Source: Podarcis vaucheri (Eukaryota). Taken from it: a stretch of DNA of 64,000 nucleotides. Positions 38,008 to 49,958 of this stretch are shown here, in pieces. Made by a program: the position numbers and the translations under genes. The DNA lies in the NCBI GenBank assembly GCA_965113315.1, contig OZ220376.1. One strand, given 5' to 3'. The number at the start of each line of letters is the position of its first letter. Positions within the stretch are counted from its first letter, which is position 1. The notes under the pieces were generated by a model that saw nothing but the letters and a program-made list of their open reading frames with translations, ran no database searches and was not told where the DNA came from.

Positions 38008-40254
38008 AATCTAAAAAATGATGCAACACACAAGGGAAAGGGGGCAGGGTAGGAAGGCAAAAATCAAAACCAAAACTCAGGCACCAGTTTCTAAACAGTT
38101 GCTCCTATAATGATCAGCTGGCATAGTTGAGGGGCAGGAGGTGCCTGGTGAAGCTGGGCCTCCAGCAAATCTGATGAAATGAGCCCTGCTTCCCAGCTCT
38201 CCCACTGCTGGAATTTTGTCAGGGCAGATTTGTATAATCACAAACAAAAAATATTGCATATGTGAGGAGTGTTCACAAGAGTTGGTACAGCTGAACTAAT
38301 ACAAAGCTGTTGACCTCATCCATTGGTGGGGAGCCTAAACAAGGAAATTCCTAACCTCATATGTCTTTGTAATTGTTCTGTTGAAGTCTTTATTAACATC
38401 TTTTCATGCATGTAATGTTGTCAGGCATATTGTGCCCTTTCTTGCTAAGATAGATTGGCAAAGACTGCAATGGAACACTTAGAACATCATAGCTATAGTC
38501 GGTTACCTTTGTATGGCTAGAAAAGGAAGCAAATAAATAAATAAATAAATAAAACTCTGAAAATCACCTGCTAGGGCTTGCAGTTTTTGCTTTGATTATG
38601 CAATGGCTCAGCTTAATGTTCTATCTATCCATTTTTCACTTGAAAACAAACACCACTTTATTGTACATCTGCTGAACCAATACCAGTGCTGCACTTTTCT
38701 GCAAATATTAGCCTGCCTTACAGCTTATGCCAGTTGCACATAATTGCATTTCACATATACCAGATAATACTTTAATTAAAATTGTGATAATTAGCATGTA
38801 TTTTTAATGAACAATAAATTCTGAGATTGCCAAGCCAATGGTGCATTTTCTGAATAATACTGCTGCTTATGGTGGGGGAGAAAAGAAAATGAAGCTTTTA
38901 AATATGCAAGGTTTATTTTTAGAATGTCAGTATTTATCCATACATACATTAAAACTCCCAGATCTGTATAGGTTGCCTTCTTGAGCTATACAGCTATAGA
39001 TATAAAAGCCAACACAATGAAGCTTCCCTCCCATTGTTAGGGTTTAATTTGAGTAAGTCTTACAAACCCTGCCTCCTAAATCATCTCAGTTTGTTATGGC
39101 CTCTTCAAATACACTTTCCACTGCTGGGTGGCTGTTAATGCTTCATTACCTGCCTCATTTCCACCCTGGGTGTAGACATAAAAGTTTATCTTGTTGCCAG
39201 CAATGGATGTTGATGTGCCATAACTATTCCAACATGCAAAGGGCCTATGTTACACATATGCTCACTGACCTAGAAGTCCTGTGTGTGTTGGTTTTAATTT
39301 GGTTAAAATGGAAAAACAAAACAAAAACCTAGCTATGGTAAAATTTTATAAAAGAGAATTCATTGGATATCTAAGATCCAGGTTTTGACGCAAGAACTCT
39401 TTGGTGAGAGAGCCCCAGCAGTGATTTAAAATCACAAAACATGTAGCAAAGTAAAGCATGGAAATCGAGGCTTCTAGACCTTTAAAATGTCTCCTCCTAA
39501 GTTTCTTACTTACAATCTCTTCAAAGATCAGATTCATGGCTTTTTCTATGCAACAGTAGGAAAAAACAGGCTTAGGTTCCCCAAAAGGTAAATGGTTCTA
39601 AATTATTTGTATAGAAACACAAATATGGTTTGCTTAAGCCACACTGTCTAAGCTTGGGGCATCCAGCTTAGACCTCTTTCATGTGGTGAAAATAAAAAAC
39701 CAAAGAGTTTATTCCTTTCCTCCCATGGTGAGGGGGTGCAACCTAGCTAATCCTGGTAGGAGTCATGCATTTTTTTTTAGAGTTGAGCATGTTGGTTGTA
39801 TGAGGCTGATATATCCCACAGTGTGTGAGTAGGATGTTCAGAAAGGATCCTTTTGGGACACATATCTAACAGTGATCTTAGTAATTAAAGTGAAAAGCAC
39901 ATAGTTTAGTACATTTCAAGGTGTGAAAAAGTATATCAGTACTACAGGCCATGACCTCTTCTCTTATAGCTTTTCTATAGATCTCTCTTGATGATCATTG
40001 ACCTCTCTGCCTTTCCTGCCTGCCTTTATGTACTTTCAGAAGCATTTCTTTTGTTGAGTAGCAGCAAGACAAGAGATCAAAAAAGCTAAATCAACAACCA
40101 GTGTCCACAACACCACTGCCAGGCAGGCCTTTTGTGCTATCAGAGCAAATAATCTCTTGGCCTTCCCTGCCTCCCTTCATGCCATTGTGGTGATGTTCAG
40201 AAGGCTGGTGCTGGCCACAATGCTATCTTGGCTCTGCACTGACTGTCCCTGCAC

Positions 40255-40708
40255 AACTGGTCATGTTGTGCCAATGCCTGATGATCGTCTTCCAAAGCAA
40301 CTACTCTATTCCAAACTTAAAAATTGAAAGCGCAGTGCTGGTGGTCAACAAAAGATGTTTAAAGACTGTCTCAAGGCAAATCTAAAAAAATGTAATATAA
40401 ACACTGACAACTGGGATACACTGGCCTGCGAGTGCTTCAGTTGGAGAACAGCCTTTACCAAAGGTGCCATGGGCTTTGAAGACACTTGAACTTATGATGC
40501 AAGGGAGAAATGTGCTAAGAGGAAGGCACACTTGGCAAAGCCACACCATGATCAACTCCCACCTGGAAACCAATGTCCTCACTGTGGAAGGATGTGTGGA
40601 TCCAGAACTAGCATCCACAGTCACTTACGGACTCACTGTTAAAACTGTGTTTATGGAAGACAATCTTACTCAGCTACGAGTGACTGCCAAAGAAGAAAAA
40701 AGAAGAAG
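40255..40708 (+). mobile_element. RTE-clade LINE 3' end
   Basis: Translates TGHVVPMPDDRLPKQLLYSKLKN*KRSAGGQQKMFKDCLKANLKKC; C-terminal CPHCGRMC...HSHLRTH zinc finger; (GAA)n-like tail. Confidence 0.85.
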
Positions 40709-40950
40709 AGTTTGTATTTGTATTTGATATCCCGCTTTATCACTACCCGAAGGAGTCTCTATGCAGCTAACATTCTCCTTTCCCTTCCTCCCCCACAACA
40801 AACACTCTGTGAGGTGAGTGGGACTGAGAGACTTCAAGAAGTGTGACTGGCCCAAGGTCACCCAGCAGCTGCATGTGGAGGAGCGGAGACGCAAACCCGG
40901 TTCCCCAGATTACGAGTCTATTGCTCTTAACCACTACACCACACTGGCTC
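40709..40950 (-). mobile_element. tRNA-derived SINE with MIR-like core (Squam3-like), full length
   Basis: Minus head gagagccagtgtggtgtagtggttaagagc (A-box) and gggtttgcgtctcc (B-box-like); core gtgaccttgggccagtcac; 3' end gggatatcaaat. Confidence 0.85.
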
Positions 40951-41845
40951 TCAAGACTCTCCCCCCTTTCCAAGAGCTGCAGCTTAATGCTTCTAGAAAT
41001 CACAAGTAGGAAAAGAATAGGTACCTGGCTACCTATCAATGGAATGTCTTTGGGGCATATTTATATCACAAACGTATGCCAGTTTTACTCCAGTTGAAGT
41101 GTAGTCGCTTCCTCATTGTGGTGAGAAAATAAACCTAGGAAGAAGAGTAGGCTTGCTCTTCATTGAGTGTTCATTTGTTTTATTTATTTAAGGCATGGAT
41201 CACCTTTTGCATGCATCTCAAGGCCATTTAGAAGCATGCCATAAAAGCAGCTAAAAATAGTTGTTAAAGCAGTACGAACTACAACACAAAATGAGTTTAA
41301 AAACAACACAGAATGGACACCTAAGGCAGAGAGCTTTTCATCCAACTGGAAAAGCTTGCCAAAACAAAAATGTCTTTAAGTGTTACTGGAAAGTGCAGAT
41401 AGTGGGAGTCTGTCATATCTCTACAGGGATGCTGTCAGGCAACCATATTCATTCTCATATTATTTGCCCGAAACTGCAGAGGTTATATGGCAACAACTGT
41501 TTGTTCAGCATTCCTCTTGATATGTCTGCTCAGAGGTTATTTTTTATCGTTTTTTTCTTTGGATTTATATTCCACTCCTTGTCAATTTTGTGATCCCAGA
41601 GTGGGTAACAACAATTTTCATAAAAAATTATTTAAGCAAAATTCAAAATAATCTGCAGCAAACACATACAAAGCAGCCAACAATAATGATCAGAACCAAC
41701 CCCATCGAAATATGGCTGCAATTACCAAAGCCTTCCCCAGCAACGCAATAACAGAATATCTGACAAAATATCTCCCTCTGGGGTAAGAAAAAAATGTTTT
41801 AAATTGGTGTCAAAGATGGCTTAAGATGATGCTCACCCGCCATTA

Positions 41846-42222
41846 TGTTCGGATACTGCCAGGGAGACATCATCCATCTAGGCCCCACGTCGATTCCGGA
41901 CGATCCATCGATCTCCCGTAGACACGCAGTATCATTCAATTAGTGACACGAGCCCCAGAAATAGCTTCCCACATTCCAGAGCTCTTGCATGCTCTATCAG
42001 TAGATAATGCACAGCGAAAGATGCACGCAGGAGAGCATTATTTACAATTTTATTCAGCGTTGGTCAGAACAAAGAAAACATGACTGCCTGCTTCGGTGTC
42101 TCAGGCACACAGAGAGAACGAAAGCAAAGACAAAACATAAACTTCCTGTGAACAGGAAATACACAGACTCTGTGACTCACAAAGCCTGCTCCCTTTTAAG
42201 GTGGAACGGAAATATCCTAACA
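41846..42222 (-). mobile_element. Solo LTR (377 bp)
   Basis: TG...CA ends with 10-bp imperfect inverted termini TGTTCGGATA / TATCCTAACA; perfect 5-bp TSD CATTA at 41841-41845 and 42223-42227; AATAAA on the minus strand near 42050; CpG-rich. Confidence 0.88.
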
Positions 42223-42782
42223 CATTATACATGTACATATCAGGATGCCTCCTCTATCTGTGCAAGAAGAGGCTCCAAGAGGAAATGGAAACCAGAGCCC
42301 CACCCCCTCAATGGAGTTATACAACATTGCCAGCTAGTGGTTGTTATCCTGCATTTTCCAGGGCATTTTCCCTAATGGGCTCTTTTCATGTTTAAACAAG
42401 TGCTGGGATAATCACACTAGAAAGTGTGGGATAACAACCAGATCTTGCGCAAATAGACAGCCTGCCTGGAAGCAACCAGATTCTAAAGTCTGAGTAAATT
42501 TGTGTAGCGAGACCAGCTTGATAATTACAGAATCTATTGCCATCTTCTTCTGTATACCCAACAAAAGTGACAGTTCCAGTGCCTGTAAGGCATGTGGTAT
42601 GATGCAGGGACTTGGTGCATTTTAAGGGTTCCCATCTGCAACGTAGGTAACAGTTTCTAATTCCCCCTAATACTGATAGCATTGGTCTGATAATTCTGGA
42701 CAGTATCCAACTACATAAAAAAGTTCTGCTTGTGCAAGTCCTTTCCACTACTCAGTGGAACTTTCTCCCTTCCTCTCATAAT

Positions 42783-43200
42783 TTGTTTTATTTGATTTTC
42801 AAAAATAAATAAATAAATAAATAAAAAAGAGAAAAAAGATAAGCTTACATCAAAAGATCATACAAATTCCGCTTGTCAAGATTACGCTGAATCTTCTGAC
42901 CCTCCCCATCCCCTCCATGGGTCCTCTTAATTCTGTTTTCAACTGCATAGCAATACTTCTCCAATTTTTCATCTTCCTAAGTTATCTGTACATTAAGTTA
43001 TCTGTTACAAGTGTATTTAGAATCCTGTTAATGCTTTAACCTGTTTGCAATGATTTTGTATATATGTTACAAACTTTCCCCATTCTTTTTTAAAATTTCT
43101 TGTCTTCTTGGTTCCTGAGCTTCCCAGTTAATTTTGCCATTTCAGCATAGCCCATCAACTTGGTTTGCCGTTCTTCTTTGGTCAGGACTGTCTCTTCCTT
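42783..43200 (-). mobile_element. L1/Tx1-clade LINE 3' end
   Basis: Minus peptide LMGYAEMAKLTGKLRNQEDKKF.KEWGKFVTY is homologous to LLDYAELDKLTGKIRYLRDQRFIEDWGKFVEY of the 32075 element. Confidence 0.8.
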
Positions 43201-44706
43201 CCATCTCTGGGCTGCTCTTCCTCTCTTCTCCATATGCCCCCAAAACATATATAGGTGTGCAAGAAGAGAACAGTGCTTGCGCTAGTGGAACATTAGTTGG
43301 ACACATGTTTCCTTCCTTATGTTGTGACAGTGCTTGTTTGTATTTTTTAATTATAACAATAATAGCTGTTATTATTCAGCTAGAAATAAAGAGGAACCAC
43401 AGAGTGCAGAATGTTGCTTGGCCAGTTACATAACCTATTGCTATGGATTTTTGATGCAAGTTTTTTTTTTTTTTTTTTTTAGAGGACTGCTTTAAAAGCT
43501 TTCCTTTTCATGTTTGAAAGCTTTATTCATGATTCAGTAAACAAAACAACAAGCAAACCCTTGCATGCTTGCGATGTGCTTTGGCTTTTTCAGCCTATGA
43601 GTATCAGGTCAACTGTGCTGAACAAAACTTAGCTTGTATTTGAAGCATTTGGTCCATGGAAAGGAATGTGAAGCCGACTTTGCATTAATTAGTGCTGGAG
43701 AGAAAGGAAGGAGCTGGCAGCCTGCCCGTGGCTTATCTATGATCCTTTACTGTGAGTGGAATCTCTAGCAGTTTTGTGTCTGGCCTTCACCTAACAGATT
43801 GCAAATTCATTTAAATAAATTGTAAACGGCCCGCCTGAAATTTCATGGGCCTCTTTGATGTATGTTAGATGTTTGGCTCCTGGTCACACCAGAACTTTAG
43901 GTAACAGGTGTGCAATTAAAAATGGATATTTTTTTTTGAAAAAAGAAACACACACACACACACAAGCAAACACACAAACCAATCCAGAAATATCCACAAA
44001 CAAACCCATTTCTGATGCATGTTTTAAAATGTCATCTGCATTTGTGAATGTGTCATTACTCAGCAAAATTTGTATGACCTATATTATTTCTTAAAATACA
44101 GAAGAGTCTATTGTGGATTTAAAACATTTACATAGGATAAAAAGGTCAACCTCTGAGGAAAAGAATAAGTGGACAGCAGGCCAGCCTGAAACACGGTAAC
44201 ACTCAGGAACCAGTGTGGGAAGCATTTTAATCTTCCAGGACATCCTGTGGCAGACGTTATCCTTGCCAAAAACAGCAGCGATAACACCGAGTTTCTGAGA
44301 CAGATTCTCACATGAAGTCCCCCAACTGGAATTTGTTAGCAGATCTAATACTGTGGAACATGATGTCAACAAATTGCAGAAGTAACTTACTCAAAACAGA
44401 AAGTAATTGTCCTGCAAGTGTTGGTTTATATCACTGCTAACGGTCATTCAGATATTGATAGTGTATTTCGTTATGGTGATATTGCTTTTTGCTTTGCATT
44501 TGTAAGCTGCTCAGAGATTAGAAATGATAAATATACTATATATCCACTGATGTTGCTGGGCCTGCCCATCACACGTGTCTGGGAATGGAGTGAATCACAT
44601 TCAAACACTGCTTGAATTGGATTGTCTGTTCAGCTGTGACTGCATATCTAGTAATGCTTGACCTTTTGTCTGCAGCTGGTAAAGCATTTTTTCTCCTCTG
44701 TGAACT

Positions 44707-45333
44707 CAGGGTTGCCAGACCTGCAGGGCTGACCTGAAGTCTCCGGGTTTGCCCGGTCCCCTGCTGCTGGCAGTGGAAAGACTTGAATCTGCAGATGGGT
44801 GAAAGTGCCTTTAAATTTTGTTTATATTAATAAGGCTGGTTGCTTAAATCCTTCTGGCCAGAAGCAAGTAGGAGCAAGTAGGTCTATAAGATGCCCCCAT
44901 GTATAAAACGCCCCCTATTTTTGGGGACTTAGATTTCAGAAAATGGGGGAAGATGGCCCCATGTAGAATTTTCAATATTATTTTAAAGGAAAAAACCCTA
45001 GTCTTATACATGGGAAAATACGGTAAATATTCCCTACCCAGGCTTCACAAGCAGGTGAGAAAGAAAGGTCCCCTCACTTCAGCTGGACCTGGGAACACAT
45101 TCTTTAGCTAAGGGTTCTATCTTAATTTCCAACTAGTGACCTCTTTGCTCATTTGCTAGACTTTGCATTTTTTTATTTCAAGGACATATCCAGAAACTGG
45201 TTAATGCTTAATATGTCTTGCCTAATGATGTCACTGGGGCCCACCCCCAAGGACAGCACCAGGACTACCCCTAAGTCGCAAATTTGGGCTCTGAAATCTC
45301 AGGGCCTGGGATGCTCCTGACCTGGCAACCCTA
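44707..45333. mobile_element. Old DNA-transposon remnant with a nested Tc2-like fragment (44884-45023)
   Basis: Inverted ends AGGGTTGCCAG / CTGGCAACCCT; the internal fragment ends cttatacatgggaaaatacgg+TA. No TSD recovered. Confidence 0.55.
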
Positions 45334-45355
45334 ATACCTAGCTGAAACAAAATTT

Positions 45356-45441
45356 TAAAAAAATTCCTTCCAGTAGCACCTTAGAGACCAACTAAGTTTG
45401 TTATTGGTATGAGCTTTTGTGTGCACGCACAATTCTTCAGA
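45356..45441 (-). mobile_element. Penelope pLTR fragment with decayed hammerhead
   Basis: Homologous to 37900-37987; on the minus strand the GAAA core reads AAAA, stem II has a mismatch and the 5' strand of stem I is lost. Confidence 0.8.
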
Positions 45442-47085
45442 CAGTGTCTCTCCATCTCCGGAAAAGTAAGGGAGGTTTTAGGAAATTGAAAAGGACCAAC
45501 AGGAAAGGTAGTCTTACAACTTGAAAGAATGAACTCTAAATCTAATTAGACTCAAATTGTAGAGTGGAAAAAGCAATGCACTCTATCTCCAGGGCAAGAT
45601 GACCAACCCAACATGGCCAGTGCTGCTAGCTTACAAAGCCCAAACTCAGCTCTCTTTCTCTGTCATTCTGTGTCTCCGTTCCCTTTTCAGTCTGAGACAC
45701 AAAACTGCAGAATATTGTTCTCTGCTCGCAGCTGGCTCTCCTGCTCCCCTGCCCCTGCTAGAGGCAACAGGGTGCCCACCATTACCCAGCCATCAAATTG
45801 TAGTTTCTCTAACAAAGCATGTGTCTCACAACTTGGCCCACTGACCATAACCCTCAGCTGGCCAAACCCCAGATCTTAGAGCAATACATTCACTTCTCAT
45901 GCAGTGCCAAATGTCATTTTACACCTCATTAGCTATGAAGAGAAAGCAGAGGATGCTTGCTTTTCATTGTGAACTGTTTTCATGCATGGTTCCTATTGTA
46001 CACCGCTTCAGTAGTTTTTGGCTATTAAGCAATATATAAATCTGGAAAAATGGAATGATTTGGGGAAGCACATTCAGTGGTATGCATGAAAGAAATGCAT
46101 ACTGGGAACACCTCATCAACATTGTCTCTGATGGATTCTTCTTACTCTCACCTCTGGTTTTTATGTCTTATGTATGAAAATGGAAGATGGTTGATCCTAC
46201 TGAAGTCTGCATTTGATTTTAGAGAAAGAAGCAGTTTATCTTGATTAGTACCAAATGACGCCTGCCGGTGCTCTAAAATCTTTGTTGCTGGCTGCCAGCC
46301 GCCATTTATTCTTGTCCTTCTCCTCCTTTAGGACTCCTGCTCTACTAGACACAGAATGTGAGACTTTCTTAATAATGATCACTGGTTCAAAGCACTGATT
46401 ATTTTAAAACTTCAGGTCACATTTTTGGGCAATCCATCATCTATTGTTCCCATGGAAACAAAAATGGGAGGGAGCATTGAGAATGCAGAGTTTATTGGGG
46501 AGCTTGTAAATTTTAGTTCTGGCAATTGACTAACTATAGATGCTTTTCTTTCTTTCTCTTTTAGTGTCTGCAGATATTGGAACTATCCCAATTTTGAATC
46601 CCACTACAGATTCATTTTGGAATTACATTAATTAAAAATTGTGAAGCAGACAAAAACATTTTTTTTACTTTCTCCATGGACAATCTCTCTCTCTCCCCCC
46701 CTCTCTTGTTGAGATGTTGATGAATAGAGGATGATGAATACAGAGGTGTATATTTAAAAAGTAATGATTGCCAGGTCAAAAACTTTTTCCAGGTTAACCT
46801 TTGTCCACTTCTACAATGGTGGCTAATAAATAAATCCCATGCTCTGTGTATCATCAAAACTTGTAATGGAGCAATATAGATTTACACTGGGGAAAGAAAT
46901 AGTATTTGTTCTTGCACCTGTTTCCCATTTCTGTTGTCATTCCTTTGGAGGATAATAGCAAATTTGTGTCCCTCGATGTCTTCTGCATGTGATTATGACG
47001 TCATTGAGAATATTAACTCTCCCTGTGTCTGAATGTTTTAGAGGGAAGGGGGACAACTTTCCAAAACAATAACAACTACCAGTTA

Positions 47086-47361
47086 CAGGCAACCCCCCAT
47101 TTACGCACATTCAATATGTGCCTGATGCATCATAACCCATGCATTATGCCGAACCTGGAAGTGACCCAAAACATTGCAAAAATGATACAAAAAGGAGTAG
47201 AATAGGGTGTGGCAGAATGGGGCATAGTGGAATGGGGTGTTTGCAGGGTTTACAATGGTTTTTCAACTATATTTATATATATTCAAAAAATGTTATTGAT
47301 GTGTGAGGTAACACAGAACATAACCCCCGCGTCCATGGTTTGTGTGTGTTATTTGTGCCTG
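47086..47361. mobile_element. Putative old Tigger-like MITE
   Basis: TA-CAGGCA...TGCCTG-TA termini; interior is degenerate. Confidence 0.45.
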
Positions 47362-49302
47362 TATGTGGTACATACTAGTCCCACACCAACATCCTCACAG
47401 CTCCTCTGTGGCTATACATCTCTGCTTTACTCCAACCTCTGTTGTAGTTTAAAACCTCCATTGGAAAACCTGCCATCTCTTTTCTCTACTTTTCTCTGAC
47501 TTCATGCAAATTCAAGATTGTGTTGTGGCACTACAAATCTAATAGGGGCTGCATTTTTATGCACATAGGAAGAAAATTTCAAATCCAGATATAACATGGA
47601 CTTACATATTGGTTATTAATATCAACACCCATCCACAGGATGACCTTTGTGAAATTGCTCAGCAATATCATGCCACTTCACAATTTTTATTATTGCTCCT
47701 CTAATACTTTCGAGAAGAGAGGTGTGCATGTTTCTGGGCATAGTGCTGATAGAACAATTCTTTTATTGGAGTTGGGAATTGGTAACATTGAAGAGGGTAA
47801 TCTATTGCCAAATAAAGAAAGGAGGAGAAGGATGAGTCTGTAGTTGTGCCAAGAAGGTCTGGTGAGCGGGGTCGGTTCTCCCAAAATACCCTCGGGGTCC
47901 CTTCCAACTCTACAGTTTTATAATTGTATGAACTATTCAGGCAGCTGCAAAAATATTCCTTTACATCTACAAGTTACCAATTAAATATGTCACTGGCCAG
48001 GGTCTGGTGCAGTCTCTGCACTTTTTTTTTTTAATCCATTGACCATGGAAGAAGGAAAGCAAAGCCACATGTATCAGGTTGAAATTCTACCAGGCCCTTA
48101 CACTTGATCACCTGCCTATTCTGTATCCAAGAGCTATGAGGCAGTAATACTGAATCAAGACGAAATTATTTATGCATTCAGGTTTCAGTTGGGCTGCAGT
48201 GCTGCACACAGTTAAATATACATCAGTCTTGTTTCGTTGGAGGTTCTGCTGTCTTATAATTGGGACTAGGACTGGAATGCAGGGTGAGCTGAGAAGTTGT
48301 ATACTTGCCCATCTAAAGTCTGAAGCAACAACATGTCTTGTGGCACCTTAACAACTAACACATCTTGTACTCTAGTATTTGCTTCATCTGGTTTAAGGAC
48401 TGGTTGAATTTACTGACAGCTTCCACACATGCACCTCTGAAGTGTGCAGGACTGACAGTGCTTATAGCCAGACAGCATGACAGCACTTGTATGTGAGGCC
48501 TAAATGAATGACTGTTGAGAGTTGTGGAACTGGACTGGTTGTGGGACAGCAACACAATCTCAAAAGTTTGCAGTGGTGCCATATATAGATACTGGGCGGC
48601 TGTGGCCCCATATGGTACCACACAGCACGTAGTGTTTGAGAATGAAGCGGAGATGTAATTTGATTTTTTGTGGGGGTGTCTCATGACCTGTGAATGCCCT
48701 AGTGCTGTAAATTTAGAAACAGTTTCTGTACTGTCTTTGAAGAGAGTATGCCCCACTCTTTGTTTAATATCCTGTTTTGATTAGTGACCTTGTAAATAGT
48801 GTATTTCTGACATGGTGGTGATTTAGATTTCCATTAACAGAGTAAAACTGATATATCATTGATAATGTAATGGGTTGGTAGTTTGCAAGGAAAATGTTTT
48901 TACGGAAGTAAAAAAAAAAGGCTTAATAGTTTAATGCCTGATAGCTTTTAATCTATAGCTGTCAGTGTTAATTCCATTGTATTTTTTTCCCTTTGAGAAA
49001 GGTTCATTGCTCTGAGGTTTTGCTAATCAAGATTCATAAAGGTAAAATATCACTTGTCACCTCCGTGCAGTACATGATAAACCAATTTAATTCTGAAGAA
49101 ACTCCGTGAGGATTTAGAATAGAGGATGAAAAACCAATATATGGGATGAAGAACTGCACTTTTACCTTTTATAAAAGTATATGGATTTCTCTAATGCAAA
49201 GCATCATATCCTTTTTGATAGTGTATAATGGGACACCAAAAGGAACAACTAATGGGTAACTTTAGTTATTGATTAGCATTGAAATATGTTTATGAATTAT
49301 GA

Positions 49303-49512
49303 GTCATACAATTATAGAACTGCAGAGCTGGAAGGAACCCCGAGGGTCATCTAGCCCAACCTCCTGCAATACAGGAATCTCAGCTAAAGCATCCTTGAAA
49401 GAATCCTTTAACCTTTGCTTTAACCTCCGCCTAAAAATTCCATTGAAGGAGAACCCACCACCTTCCGAGAGAGTCCGTTCACTGTCAAACAGCTCTTACC
49501 ATCAGAAAGTTA
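49303..49512 (-). mobile_element. Older CR1 3' fragment
   Basis: catacaattatagaactgcagagctggaaggaacccc...cactgtcaaacagctcttaccatcagaaag. Confidence 0.75.
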
Positions 49513-49726
49513 GTCTTTGAAGGTTATGTTATAAGCCTTGTAGCTTTGACTTCTTAATAGGATATTTACTTAATCTTTTCAAATAATTTGCAGTCTGTAC
49601 TAGGTCTCAGATTTGAATAATCATGGTAACTAGACAGATGTGCTCATTTAATAGACAACACTCTTCTTTTTCATTGTTTATTGAATAAATTTCAGGTAAC
49701 TGTCATGTATAGCATTATTATTGGTA

Positions 49727-49958
49727 CAGTGGTACCTTGGGTTAAGTACCGGTACTTAATTCGTTCCGGAGGCCTGTTCTTAACCTGAAACTGTTCTTAA
49801 CCTGAAGCACCACTTTAGGTAATGGGACCTCCTTCTGCTGCTGCGCCGCCAAAACACGATTTCTGTTCTCATCCTGAAGCAAAGTTCTTAACCTGAGGTA
49901 CTATTTCTGGGTTAGCAGAGTCTGTAACCTGAAGCGTATGTAACCCGAGGTACCACTG
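49727..49958 (-). mobile_element. Tc1/mariner MITE, family A, opposite orientation to 8501 and 23445
   Basis: CAGTGGTACCT...AGGTACCACTG with TA TSD. Confidence 0.92.

Noticed and set aside
48330-48390. Additional Penelope/hammerhead copy (gtcttgtggcaccttaacaactaac)
   Set aside because: It may be an old pLTR remnant, but no hammerhead core is recoverable.
49660-49700. Recursive splice site (tttcag/gtaact) in the long intron
   Set aside because: The pyrimidine tract is interrupted and the donor is weak; such matches are expected by chance.
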